Below, piece after piece: positions 1 through 7,982 of a stretch of 64,000 nucleotides of DNA. The stretch is from Candidatus Altimarinota bacterium. GTDB lineage: Bacteria > Patescibacteriota > Gracilibacteria > CAIRYL01 > GCA-016699755. Position numbers and translations under genes: made by a program. The notes below the pieces were generated by a model. It had not been told where the DNA came from. It ran no database searches and saw only the letters and a program-made list of their open reading frames with translations. The stretch spans positions 640,001-704,000 of the forward strand of contig OY760935.1 of NCBI GenBank assembly GCA_963664295.1. Reading direction: 5' to 3'. Position 1 is the stretch's first letter. Every line of letters starts with the position of its first letter.

Positions 1-1151
1 TCAAAAGGCTTAATTTTATTTTCATCATATAGAGCCTGAAAAGCAGGCACTAACGCATTTTTTGTAAATAAATTTGCACCAAAAATTTCTACTAATTTTT
101 CGCGAGGCAAAAATGCAGAAAAAAGCGCAAAAACAAAGGCACATTTTGGACAATTTCCACACCAATTTCCTTCAAAATCTTTATCACTCTGGCGAAAATT
201 TCTATTACAACTAGTAAAATCCTGAAAAAATTGCTTATTTTCCACAAAAATCTGCACTATTTTTGGCTCAGAATACGGACGAAGCAAAGAAAAATAATTC
301 AACAAAGGACAATTGCAATTTTTTATATATTCTCTGATTTCTTTTTCTGCCTCCAAACTTTTTGACCATTGATGATTTATTTCCATGCCTAAAAACTCAG
401 TATTACCAAAATTTGCAGAATTCTCATTGGCAGTAATTATATCTTTTGCACCAACAAAAAGACCTGCCAAAGTTGCAGAAAAAGCTAAAATAAGCGAAAA
501 AGGAACATGACCATTATAAAATTTACCTGTTTTATTTAATTCAAAAAGTTGCGGATCAAGTTGGCGCTTAATTATTATTGGTTTTTTAGCTAATTTCTCC
601 GCTTGTTTAAGAGAATATTCATTATTGCCTAAAATTAAAGGAGTAAAATCAATTTTATTTTTTTGCATTAAAATTCCTGCAGTAAGGGAATCCTTACCAC
701 CGCCTAAGCAAAGTAAGTTCAAGCCTTTTTCTGGCTTACGATCACGCGGATCAATAAAAGATTCTGCACAAGTTTTATTTTCAAAATTAATTAAATCGCG
801 AAAATCAATTTTGTTTTGATAAAAAAACTCGCCCAAGCCTTTTGTGTAAACCTTTTTCCAAAATTCTTTTTGTTCATAAGTCAAACAGCCACTTTTTATA
901 ATTATTTTTGGCGGAACAGTAAGCTTATAATAACTAAGCCCCAAGGCAAGATGAAGAGTAAAAAGAGCTCTTTTTAATGCTGTTTCTGTTGGTTTTCTTA
1001 ATTCTATATCGTCAGGAAATTGCAAAATTAAATTTTCCTGAAATTCATAACCATTTAATTTATAATTAAAAAATGCTTTATGTTCTTTTTCGTCAAAAGA
1101 AAAGCTCTCCAATATAAACTCTTTGCCTAGTGATTTATTTAGTTTTTCCAT
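1..1151 (-). CDS. murL: MurL-type UDP-MurNAc-L-Ala-L-Glu epimerase (runs off window start; not in ORF track)
   Basis: Manual translation from ATG at 1151: MEKLNKSLGKEF...LGGGKDS...YNGHVPFS...NENSAN...INHQWSKS...FTSCNRNF...WCGNCPKC. These are motifs I recognise from MurL. Confidence 0.8.
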   Translation of the reverse strand, partial: MEKLNKSLGKEFILESFSFDEKEHKAFFNYKLNGYEFQENLILQFPDDIELRKPTETALKRALFTLHLALGLSYYKLTVPPKIIIKSGCLTYEQKEFWKKVYTKGLGEFFYQNKIDFRDLINFENKTCAESFIDPRDRKPEKGLNLLCLGGGKDSLTAGILMQKNKIDFTPLILGNNEYSLKQAEKLAKKPIIIKRQLDPQLFELNKTGKFYNGHVPFSLILAFSATLAGLFVGAKDIITANENSANFGNTEFLGMEINHQWSKSLEAEKEIREYIKNCNCPLLNYFSLLRPYSEPKIVQIFVENKQFFQDFTSCNRNFRQSDKDFEGNWCGNCPKCAFVFALFSAFLPREKLVEIFGANLFTKNALVPAFQALYDENKIKPF

Positions 1152-1164
1152 CTTTATTTTTATT

Positions 1165-1476
1165 TTAACTCCGCCCTGCTTTTTTGGCAATTTTGATAAT
1201 TTCATCAATATCATCATCACTTGCTACTTTATTTTTGATAATTTTCCCGCACTTTAAACATTGATGATGAATTATATAATTATCTGGACCACCATCTATA
1301 TAAAGTGGCTTCATTAAGCCATGACAATCTGAAAGACGATCACCTGGGAAATCCTGATCCACATGCAAAGAATAAAGGCATTTTTTGCAATGATTACGAC
1401 AAGTTTTTTCTGCTGGTGGATTTTTTTCTCCACAATTTTGGCAAATAAAACCTTCGTTTATTACTTTAAAACTCAT
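1165..1476 (-). CDS. RNHCP domain (zinc-binding) protein
   Basis: CQNCG...CRNHCKKCLYSLHVD...PGDR...HQCLKCG. Confidence 0.85.
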   Translation of the reverse strand: MSFKVINEGFICQNCGEKNPPAEKTCRNHCKKCLYSLHVDQDFPGDRLSDCHGLMKPLYIDGGPDNYIIHHQCLKCGKIIKNKVASDDDIDEIIKIAKKAGRS

Positions 1477-1847
1477 GTAATAAATTCAAAACCAGCTTCT
1501 ATTAAAACTTTTTTTACTTTTGTGAAATTTTTTTCTTTTGTAAAAATATAATCTGTATCAAATGTGCTAATTGCAAAAATAGAAATATTGGCTTTTGCAA
1601 GAGGTCTAGCAATACTCTCTAAAATACCAATAAAATTAAAATCTAATTGACCTGAAATAAAAAATCCTTTCCAGTTTTTTTCAATTTCACCTCCAAAATT
1701 AGCCAAATTCTGTGGACAAACTATTGATAGCTCATTTTCTGTACGAGTTATGGAAGTAAGTTCACCATTTTTTAAATCTGGCACTTCTGCATTTGAAGGT
1801 AATTTAATTACTGCATAAACTTCTTTTAGCTCTTTTAGCTTAAGCAT
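1473..1847 (-). CDS. ACT domain-containing protein
   Basis: SITRTENELSIVC and LDFNFIGIL...ISIFAISTFDTDYI. Confidence 0.85.
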   Translation of the reverse strand: MLKLKELKEVYAVIKLPSNAEVPDLKNGELTSITRTENELSIVCPQNLANFGGEIEKNWKGFFISGQLDFNFIGILESIARPLAKANISIFAISTFDTDYIFTKEKNFTKVKKVLIEAGFEFIT

Positions 1848-1850
1848 TGC

Positions 1851-2948
1851 TTAAACATTAAATTTAAAAAGTAAAATATCGCCATCTTGAACTATGTAGT
1901 CTTTGCCAACGCTTTGTACTAGGCCTTTTTCGCGTGCACCTTGCCAGCCATTTGCGGAAATAAAGTTTTCCCAACCTACACAATCTGCCTTAATAAAACC
2001 TTTTTCAAAATCTGTGTGGATTTTGCCTGCAGATTGCGGAGCTGTGCTGTTTATTTCTACTGCCCAAGCACGAGCTTCTTTTTCACCTGCTGTAAAATAT
2101 GAAATTAATCCCAATATTTTATAAGATTCTTGAATAAGTCTTTCTAGTCCACTTTTTTGCAAGCCTATACTTTCTAAAAATTCTTTTCTTTCTTCGCCTA
2201 TGAGCAAGGCTATTTCTGATTCTATTTTTGCAGAAATTGGAATTAATCCCTCTTTTTCGTTTAGGTCTAATGCTTTTCGCGCTTGATCTATATCAAAACT
2301 TGCTACTTCATCTTCTGCAACATTAGCAACATATAAAAATGGCTTACGAGTAATTAAAAATAATTGATTTATTGCTTTTTCTTGTTTTTCATCATCAAAT
2401 TGAACTGTATTTGCCTTTTTTCCATCAGAAAGAACTTGATAAACCTGTTCTATTGCTTCTGCTATTGCGATTTTTTCCTTATCCCCTGTTTTTGTGTCAT
2501 TTTTAGCTTTTTGCAAGGCTTTTTCTGCTGTTTCCAGGTCTTTTAGTACTAGTTCTGTTTCTAAAATTTCTTTATCTCTTTTTGGGTCATGCGAACCCAT
2601 GACATGAGTCACATTTGAATCGCCAAAAAACCTGAGTACTAAACAAATTGCATCAGTTTCGCGAATATGCGCAAGAAACTGATTTCCTAGACCTTCCCCT
2701 TTTGAAGCCCCTTCAACAAGACCAGCAATATCCACAAATTCAACTGTTTCATAAATTGTTTTTTGTGTTTTTACTGTTTCTGCAATTTTATCTAATCTTT
2801 CATCTCGCACTGGCACTTTGCCAACATTAGGATCAATTGTGCAGAAAGGAAAATTTTCCGCTCCTGCTTTTGATGACTCTGTGAGTGCATTAAAAAGTGT
2901 TGATTTGCCTGCATTTGGCAAGCCGACTATTCCTATTTGTAATGACAT
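1851..2948 (-). CDS. ychF: Redox-regulated ATPase YchF
   Basis: GIVGLPNAGKST, FPFCTIDPN, DIAGLVEGASKGEGLGNQFL, C-terminal TGS domain. Confidence 0.97.
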   Translation of the reverse strand: MSLQIGIVGLPNAGKSTLFNALTESSKAGAENFPFCTIDPNVGKVPVRDERLDKIAETVKTQKTIYETVEFVDIAGLVEGASKGEGLGNQFLAHIRETDAICLVLRFFGDSNVTHVMGSHDPKRDKEILETELVLKDLETAEKALQKAKNDTKTGDKEKIAIAEAIEQVYQVLSDGKKANTVQFDDEKQEKAINQLFLITRKPFLYVANVAEDEVASFDIDQARKALDLNEKEGLIPISAKIESEIALLIGEERKEFLESIGLQKSGLERLIQESYKILGLISYFTAGEKEARAWAVEINSTAPQSAGKIHTDFEKGFIKADCVGWENFISANGWQGAREKGLVQSVGKDYIVQDGDILLFKFNV

Positions 2949-2954
2949 GCGAAA

Positions 2955-2983
2955 ATCATACGGATTTATATTCTGCTTTTCAA
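2955..2983 (-). promoter_or_regulatory. sigma70-type promoter of ychF operon, 6 nt from ATG (probably leaderless)
   Basis: Minus strand TTGAAA-17 nt-TATGAT-tttcgc-ATG. Confidence 0.6.
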
Positions 2984-3076
2984 GCCTTTGTCTCTTGTTT
3001 GATAAATAAAACTTTTGACAAAAAATAAAAATTATTATTATATTTTTCTGTTGTTTTTAACTTTTTTAAAAAAATT

Positions 3077-3331
3077 ATGGAAATACTCAAAAAATTCATT
3101 TACTTCAAGGAAATGATAGTTGCCAAATATCTTTTGGTTATACTTCATGCGGTTATTCAAGTGTTTGCTTGTCTTGGCATCTTGGCAACTGCTTTTAGGG
3201 AAAATCTTTTAGCAATTTTCTTAATTCCTATTGCTTTTGTGCTTATTCGTTTTTATTTTGAGCTAATAACAGTTATTTTTTCAATCAATAACAATCTTTC
3301 TGATATTAAAGACGAATTAAGTAAAAAATAA
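3077..3331 (+). CDS. Small two-TM membrane protein (DUF4282-like)
   Basis: F..MI... start, two hydrophobic helices, C-terminal LIRFYFELITVIFSINNNLSDI. Confidence 0.65.
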   Translation: MEILKKFIYFKEMIVAKYLLVILHAVIQVFACLGILATAFRENLLAIFLIPIAFVLIRFYFELITVIFSINNNLSDIKDELSKK

Positions 3332-3332
3332 T

Positions 3333-3842
3333 CTAGATATCAATACTATCCATATCTAGGTCTGAACTTGCTTTTGCAGAACCTTTCCAAATAATACGAA
3401 CTCTACGAAAACCCTCCTCTCCTACAGAATCAGTTGTTAAATCAGAATATTCATCTTTGGCAAGTTCTAAATGAACTAATCTTCTCAAAAAAGGATTTAA
3501 AGGCGGAAGAATTTGTGTGATTTTAGTTGCACGAACAGCTTCTGCCTTTTCTTTTGCCATTTCCATAATTTGTTCCTGCTTTCTAGTTTTAAAACCCTCT
3601 ATGTCTACAACCAAAAAAATAGTTTCATCTGGAAATTTCTTCCAAAGTAAATTTTTTGCAAGATGTTGAAGTGCTTCAAGATTTCGTCCTTGGGCGCCAA
3701 TCAAAAGAGGTGCTTCCTCGCTTTCTATATTAGCTCGCACAATATTACCATCTTCTTCTGTGGTTGTTATTTTGCTATAAGTAAAACCCATTTTGCCTAA
3801 TAATTCTGACAACAAATCTTTTACTTCAACTGTTTTTTCCAT
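3333..3842 (-). CDS. jag: Jag/EloR-like KH + R3H RNA-binding protein (no N-terminal Jag domain)
   Basis: LLIGAQGRNLEALQHL (KH); LPPLNPFLRRLVH...TDSVGE (R3H). Confidence 0.85.
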   Translation of the reverse strand: MEKTVEVKDLLSELLGKMGFTYSKITTTEEDGNIVRANIESEEAPLLIGAQGRNLEALQHLAKNLLWKKFPDETIFLVVDIEGFKTRKQEQIMEMAKEKAEAVRATKITQILPPLNPFLRRLVHLELAKDEYSDLTTDSVGEEGFRRVRIIWKGSAKASSDLDMDSIDI

Positions 3843-3948
3843 AATGATACAAAAATCAGTTTAGATAATTACACAAGTTATTTTTTAATTCAAGCCTTGC
3901 AAGAAAAAAGCGGTTATGGCAAACTTTTATGCGATTAACTTATCAAAA

Positions 3949-5622
3949 ATGATTGGCGCAGAAGTATTACTAGAATGTTTAAAAAAAGAAGGCGTAGAAG
4001 TAATTTTCGGTTATCCGGGAGGCGTTGTCTTGCCTTTTTATGATAAATTAAATCAACAAAAAGACATTCGTCATATACTTGTTCGCCATGAACAAGCTGC
4101 TGCCATGGCTGCAGATGGCTATTCTCGTTGTAGTGATAAAACTGGTGTTTGCTTAGCCACTTCCGGCCCTGGAGCAACAAACTTAGTCACTGGTATTGCC
4201 AATGCTTTCTTGGACTCTATTCCTATGGTGGTTATCACTGGTCAAGTATCTAGTTTTGCTATTGGCACTGATGCTTTTCAGGAGGTTGATATCTTTGGAA
4301 TTTGTACGCCAATTACCAAACAATGTTATCAGGTGCTTGATGCCAATGATTTACCAAGAATTATCAAAGAAGCTTTTCATATAGCCAAAAATGGCAGACC
4401 AGGTCCTGTACTTATTGATATTCCTAAAAATATTTTTGAACAAAAAGTAGAAAATTTTAAATATCCAAAAAAAGTTGATTTACCAGGCTATAAGCCAATT
4501 CGCGAAGGCAATCCAGGTCAAATCGAAAAAGCACATAATTTAATCAAAAAATCCAAAAAACCAGTTGTATTAGCTGGTCATGGAATTGTGCTTGGCAATG
4601 CAGAAAAAGAATTCATCGAATTTGCTGAAAAACTCCAAGCTCCAGTTATTTCCACTCTTTTGGCTATGGATATTCTGCCAAAAAGCCATGATCTTAATTT
4701 TGGAATGCTGGGAATGCATGGCGAGCTTGCTGCTAATCTCGCTGTGCACAATAGCGACTTAGTTATTGGTATTGGTCTTCGTTTTGATGATCGCGTACTT
4801 GGACGGGCAGATGAATTTGCCCCTAATGCTAAAGTTATTCATATTGATATTGATCGTGCAGAAATAGGCAAAAACAGAATTGTTGATGTGCCGATTGTTG
4901 GTGACACCAAGCTTGTTATTCCCGAATTGCTCAAAAATTTTGCAACAAAAGATCATTCCAGCTGGTTAAAGCAATTAAAATCATGGAACGATGAAAAAGA
5001 AACAAAATTAAAAGCAAAAATTAGAGAATATACTCATCTTTCTGCCGGCGATGTTATTAAAAAAATCTCAGATATAACCAAAGGAGAAGCAGTTGTTTCT
5101 GCAGATGTAGGACAAAATCAAATGTGGACTGCCTGCAGATATGAATTTAAAACACCAAAAAATCATATATCCTCAGGAGGTCTTGGCACAATGGGCTTTT
5201 CTGTGCCTTCGGCAATGGGTGCTAAAGTTGCCCGCCCAAAAGACACAGTACTTGCTATTTGCGGAGATGGCGGTTTTCAAATGAACATGCAAGAACTTAT
5301 GACTCTTATACAAGATGATATTCAAGTAAAAATTGTTATCTTAAACAACGGCTTTTTAGGAATGGTTCGTCAATGGCAAGAGTTATTTTATAATAAAAAC
5401 TATTCTTATACTCCTTTAATTGGTCCTGATTTTACAAAATTAGCAGAAAGCTTTGGGGTTAAGGCTTATAAAGCTGAGACCATGGAAGAATTAGAAAAAA
5501 ACTTTAAAGCTTGCTTAAAACACAATGGTCCAACTCTTTTAGAAGTTCGTACAGAAGCAGAAGAAAATGTTTTCCCTATGGTTTCTCCTGGTTCAACTTT
5601 AAAAGAAACAAGAATAAATTAA
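3949..5622 (+). CDS. ilvB: Acetolactate synthase large subunit
   Basis: FGYPGG, RHEQAA, TSGPGATN, GDGGFQMN TPP motif. Start at 3949 (MIGAEV) preferred over 3916, which overlaps the predicted promoter. Confidence 0.95.
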   Translation: MIGAEVLLECLKKEGVEVIFGYPGGVVLPFYDKLNQQKDIRHILVRHEQAAAMAADGYSRCSDKTGVCLATSGPGATNLVTGIANAFLDSIPMVVITGQVSSFAIGTDAFQEVDIFGICTPITKQCYQVLDANDLPRIIKEAFHIAKNGRPGPVLIDIPKNIFEQKVENFKYPKKVDLPGYKPIREGNPGQIEKAHNLIKKSKKPVVLAGHGIVLGNAEKEFIEFAEKLQAPVISTLLAMDILPKSHDLNFGMLGMHGELAANLAVHNSDLVIGIGLRFDDRVLGRADEFAPNAKVIHIDIDRAEIGKNRIVDVPIVGDTKLVIPELLKNFATKDHSSWLKQLKSWNDEKETKLKAKIREYTHLSAGDVIKKISDITKGEAVVSADVGQNQMWTACRYEFKTPKNHISSGGLGTMGFSVPSAMGAKVARPKDTVLAICGDGGFQMNMQELMTLIQDDIQVKIVILNNGFLGMVRQWQELFYNKNYSYTPLIGPDFTKLAESFGVKAYKAETMEELEKNFKACLKHNGPTLLEVRTEAEENVFPMVSPGSTLKETRIN

Positions 5623-5626
5623 AAAT

Positions 5627-6109
5627 ATGAAATCACACATTTTAATATTAAAGGCAATAAATACCTATGGTGTCCTTGGAAAAGTCACCAACCTACTTCG
5701 CAGAAGAAGATTTAATATCGAAGGCTTAACAGCAGGTCATACAGACCAAAAAGGAATATCACACATCACTGTTGCTTTTTCTTCGGAGGATGATTTCAAT
5801 GCAGAACAAGCCAAAAAACAACTTTCCAAAATAGTTGAGGTTATTAGCGTGCGTGATGTACAAGAAAAATCAGTAATCAGAGAAATTGCCTTATTTAAAC
5901 TTCATTGCTCAGAAAAAACCAAGGCTCCAATTTTTGATGCAACAAAATTATTCGAAGGAAAAATTGTAGATAGTAGTAAAAAAACAATAATAGTAGAAAT
6001 AACCGGCACACCAAAAAGAATAGACCAATTCCATGAATTAGTAAGAAATTACGGCGTAAAAGAATTCATAAGATCCAGCGTAATTGCTGTCAAATCTGAT
6101 ATAAATTAA
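5627..6109 (+). CDS. ilvN: Acetolactate synthase small regulatory subunit
   Basis: ACT-type N..GVL..V..L.RRRFNI, KQLSKIVEV; follows ilvB. Confidence 0.9.
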   Translation: MKSHILILKAINTYGVLGKVTNLLRRRRFNIEGLTAGHTDQKGISHITVAFSSEDDFNAEQAKKQLSKIVEVISVRDVQEKSVIREIALFKLHCSEKTKAPIFDATKLFEGKIVDSSKKTIIVEITGTPKRIDQFHELVRNYGVKEFIRSSVIAVKSDIN

Positions 6110-6127
6110 AAATTTAACCATAAAAAA

Positions 6128-7117
6128 ATGTCAAAAATAATCCATGATGCAGATGTAAGCACAAATGTAATAGAAGGAAAAACTATTGCAGTAATCGGCT
6201 ATGGCGCTCAAGGAAGGGCACAAGCAAGAATGATGCACGAATCTGGACTTAATGTTGTTGTTGGTTTGCGTGAAAACGGCCCAAGCTGGCAACAAGCCCA
6301 GGAAGACGGTTTAAAAACAAATCCAATTAGTGAAGCAGTAAAAACAGCGGATATTATTCACATTCTCATCCCAGACGAACATCAGCAAGATGTATATGAA
6401 CAAGAAATCGCACCAAATCTAAAAGAAGACGCTACTCTCAGCTTTTCGCATGGATTTAATATTGTATACAAAAGAATTACTCCACCAGAAGGAGTTGATG
6501 TGATTATGGTTGCACCAAAATGCCCAGGAACAGAAGAATACAAAAGATATTCAGAAGGTTTTGGCGTTCCTGCGCTAGTAGCTGTGGGTCAAGATGCTTC
6601 AGGCCAAGCGCTTAACAAAGCCCTTGAAATGGCAAAAAAAATGTACTTCACAAAAGCTGGCGTCATGCAATGCACTTTTGAAGAAGAAACTTATGAGGAT
6701 CTTTTTGGTGAACAGGCTGTGCTTTGCGGTGGCTTGGCGCAACTTATTAAATATGGCTTTGAAACATTAGTTGAAGCTGGTTATCCACCAGAGTTTGCCT
6801 ATTTTGAGTGCTTACATGAAATGAAGCTTATTGTTGATCTTGTTTACGAAGGAGGTTTTTCAAAAATGAATGAAGTGGTCTCAAATACAGCAGAATATGG
6901 CGGTCACACTAGAGGATCTCGTGTTATTGGACCAGAAGTAAAAGAACGCATGAAAGAAGTCTTAAAAGAAGTTGAAAATGGCACTTTTGCTAAAGAATGG
7001 ATGCATGAAGCACGCGAAAACAAAATGCAAAAACTTTTTGAATATCGCAAAAAAGAAAGCGAACATCCGATTGAGCAAGTGGGTAAAAAAATTAGATCTT
7101 TGTTTGAAATGGATTAA
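6128..7117 (+). CDS. ilvC: Ketol-acid reductoisomerase (class I)
   Basis: IGYGAQG, FSHGFNI, MVAPKCPG, DLFGEQAVLCGG, SNTAEYG. Confidence 0.96.
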   Translation: MSKIIHDADVSTNVIEGKTIAVIGYGAQGRAQARMMHESGLNVVVGLRENGPSWQQAQEDGLKTNPISEAVKTADIIHILIPDEHQQDVYEQEIAPNLKEDATLSFSHGFNIVYKRITPPEGVDVIMVAPKCPGTEEYKRYSEGFGVPALVAVGQDASGQALNKALEMAKKMYFTKAGVMQCTFEEETYEDLFGEQAVLCGGLAQLIKYGFETLVEAGYPPEFAYFECLHEMKLIVDLVYEGGFSKMNEVVSNTAEYGGHTRGSRVIGPEVKERMKEVLKEVENGTFAKEWMHEARENKMQKLFEYRKKESEHPIEQVGKKIRSLFEMD

Positions 7118-7947
7118 GTTGCTTCCGTTGGAGCACTACCAGGAAAAAGAAAATTACTTACTGGTGCATTGTTTCCGCTAGCGCCTCCACCAGCATTAAT
7201 AATCTTGCCAGCAATTCCACTATTTGCCACTCTTGATCCCCAATTTACATAAGAATCAGCAACAGAAGTGCCAATTTTGAGTATATCTGTGCTGGTATCT
7301 TTTGTGAGCTCACCAAATCTACCCCAGCGCTCTTTGACCCAGTTCATAGTGCGATCTGTTTTGGCTTGCTCTGCTACTTTTAATCCTGGTAAACGACCAA
7401 GGGTAAAATTCCACATCTTATTTAAACCAAGTGCATTGCGAGTACCATTAACAACATCAGCCACAGCACCAAAAGCAACTCCTGGAGCTTCGATAGCGCT
7501 TAATGCTGTTGATTTTACCCCATCCAAAGCCAAATCTTTTGCGCTCATGGTAGCATTAAAGGCATTTTTTGTTGCCATCAAAGGAGCGCCAATAGCAACA
7601 TCTTGAATACCACCAACGCCAATAGCCAAACCCGTTTCCGCTGTATCTTTACTAACACCTAAAACCGCCCCTAAGCCTTTACGAGTACCGCTAATAATAC
7701 CATTAAAAGGTGTTTTTCCTAATTGCCATAAGCCATTCGCCAAGCCCAAAGTTGCATCAACAGCAAGACCAGCAGGCAACATAGCAATTGCCAAACCTCT
7801 AGTTCCTGCGTCTAATATTATATTACCATGGGCTGAAGTTAAGAAATCTTTTGCAACACTAGTGACTGGCATTTTTGATAAAGCACCTCCCTCATTAAAA
7901 ATTTTTTGATATTTTGAGCCAGTAAATTGAAATGGTATTTGATGCAT
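7114..7947 (-). CDS. Hypothetical Gly/Ala-rich amphipathic protein
   Basis: 277-aa ORF, last gene of the 17713-7114 minus-strand run; no recognisable domain. Confidence 0.75.
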   Translation of the reverse strand: MHQIPFQFTGSKYQKIFNEGGALSKMPVTSVAKDFLTSAHGNIILDAGTRGLAIAMLPAGLAVDATLGLANGLWQLGKTPFNGIISGTRKGLGAVLGVSKDTAETGLAIGVGGIQDVAIGAPLMATKNAFNATMSAKDLALDGVKSTALSAIEAPGVAFGAVADVVNGTRNALGLNKMWNFTLGRLPGLKVAEQAKTDRTMNWVKERWGRFGELTKDTSTDILKIGTSVADSYVNWGSRVANSGIAGKIINAGGGASGNNAPVSNFLFPGSAPTEAT

Positions 7948-7982
7948 TTTATTTTAATTAAATTTTTTATTTATAAAGTTGT

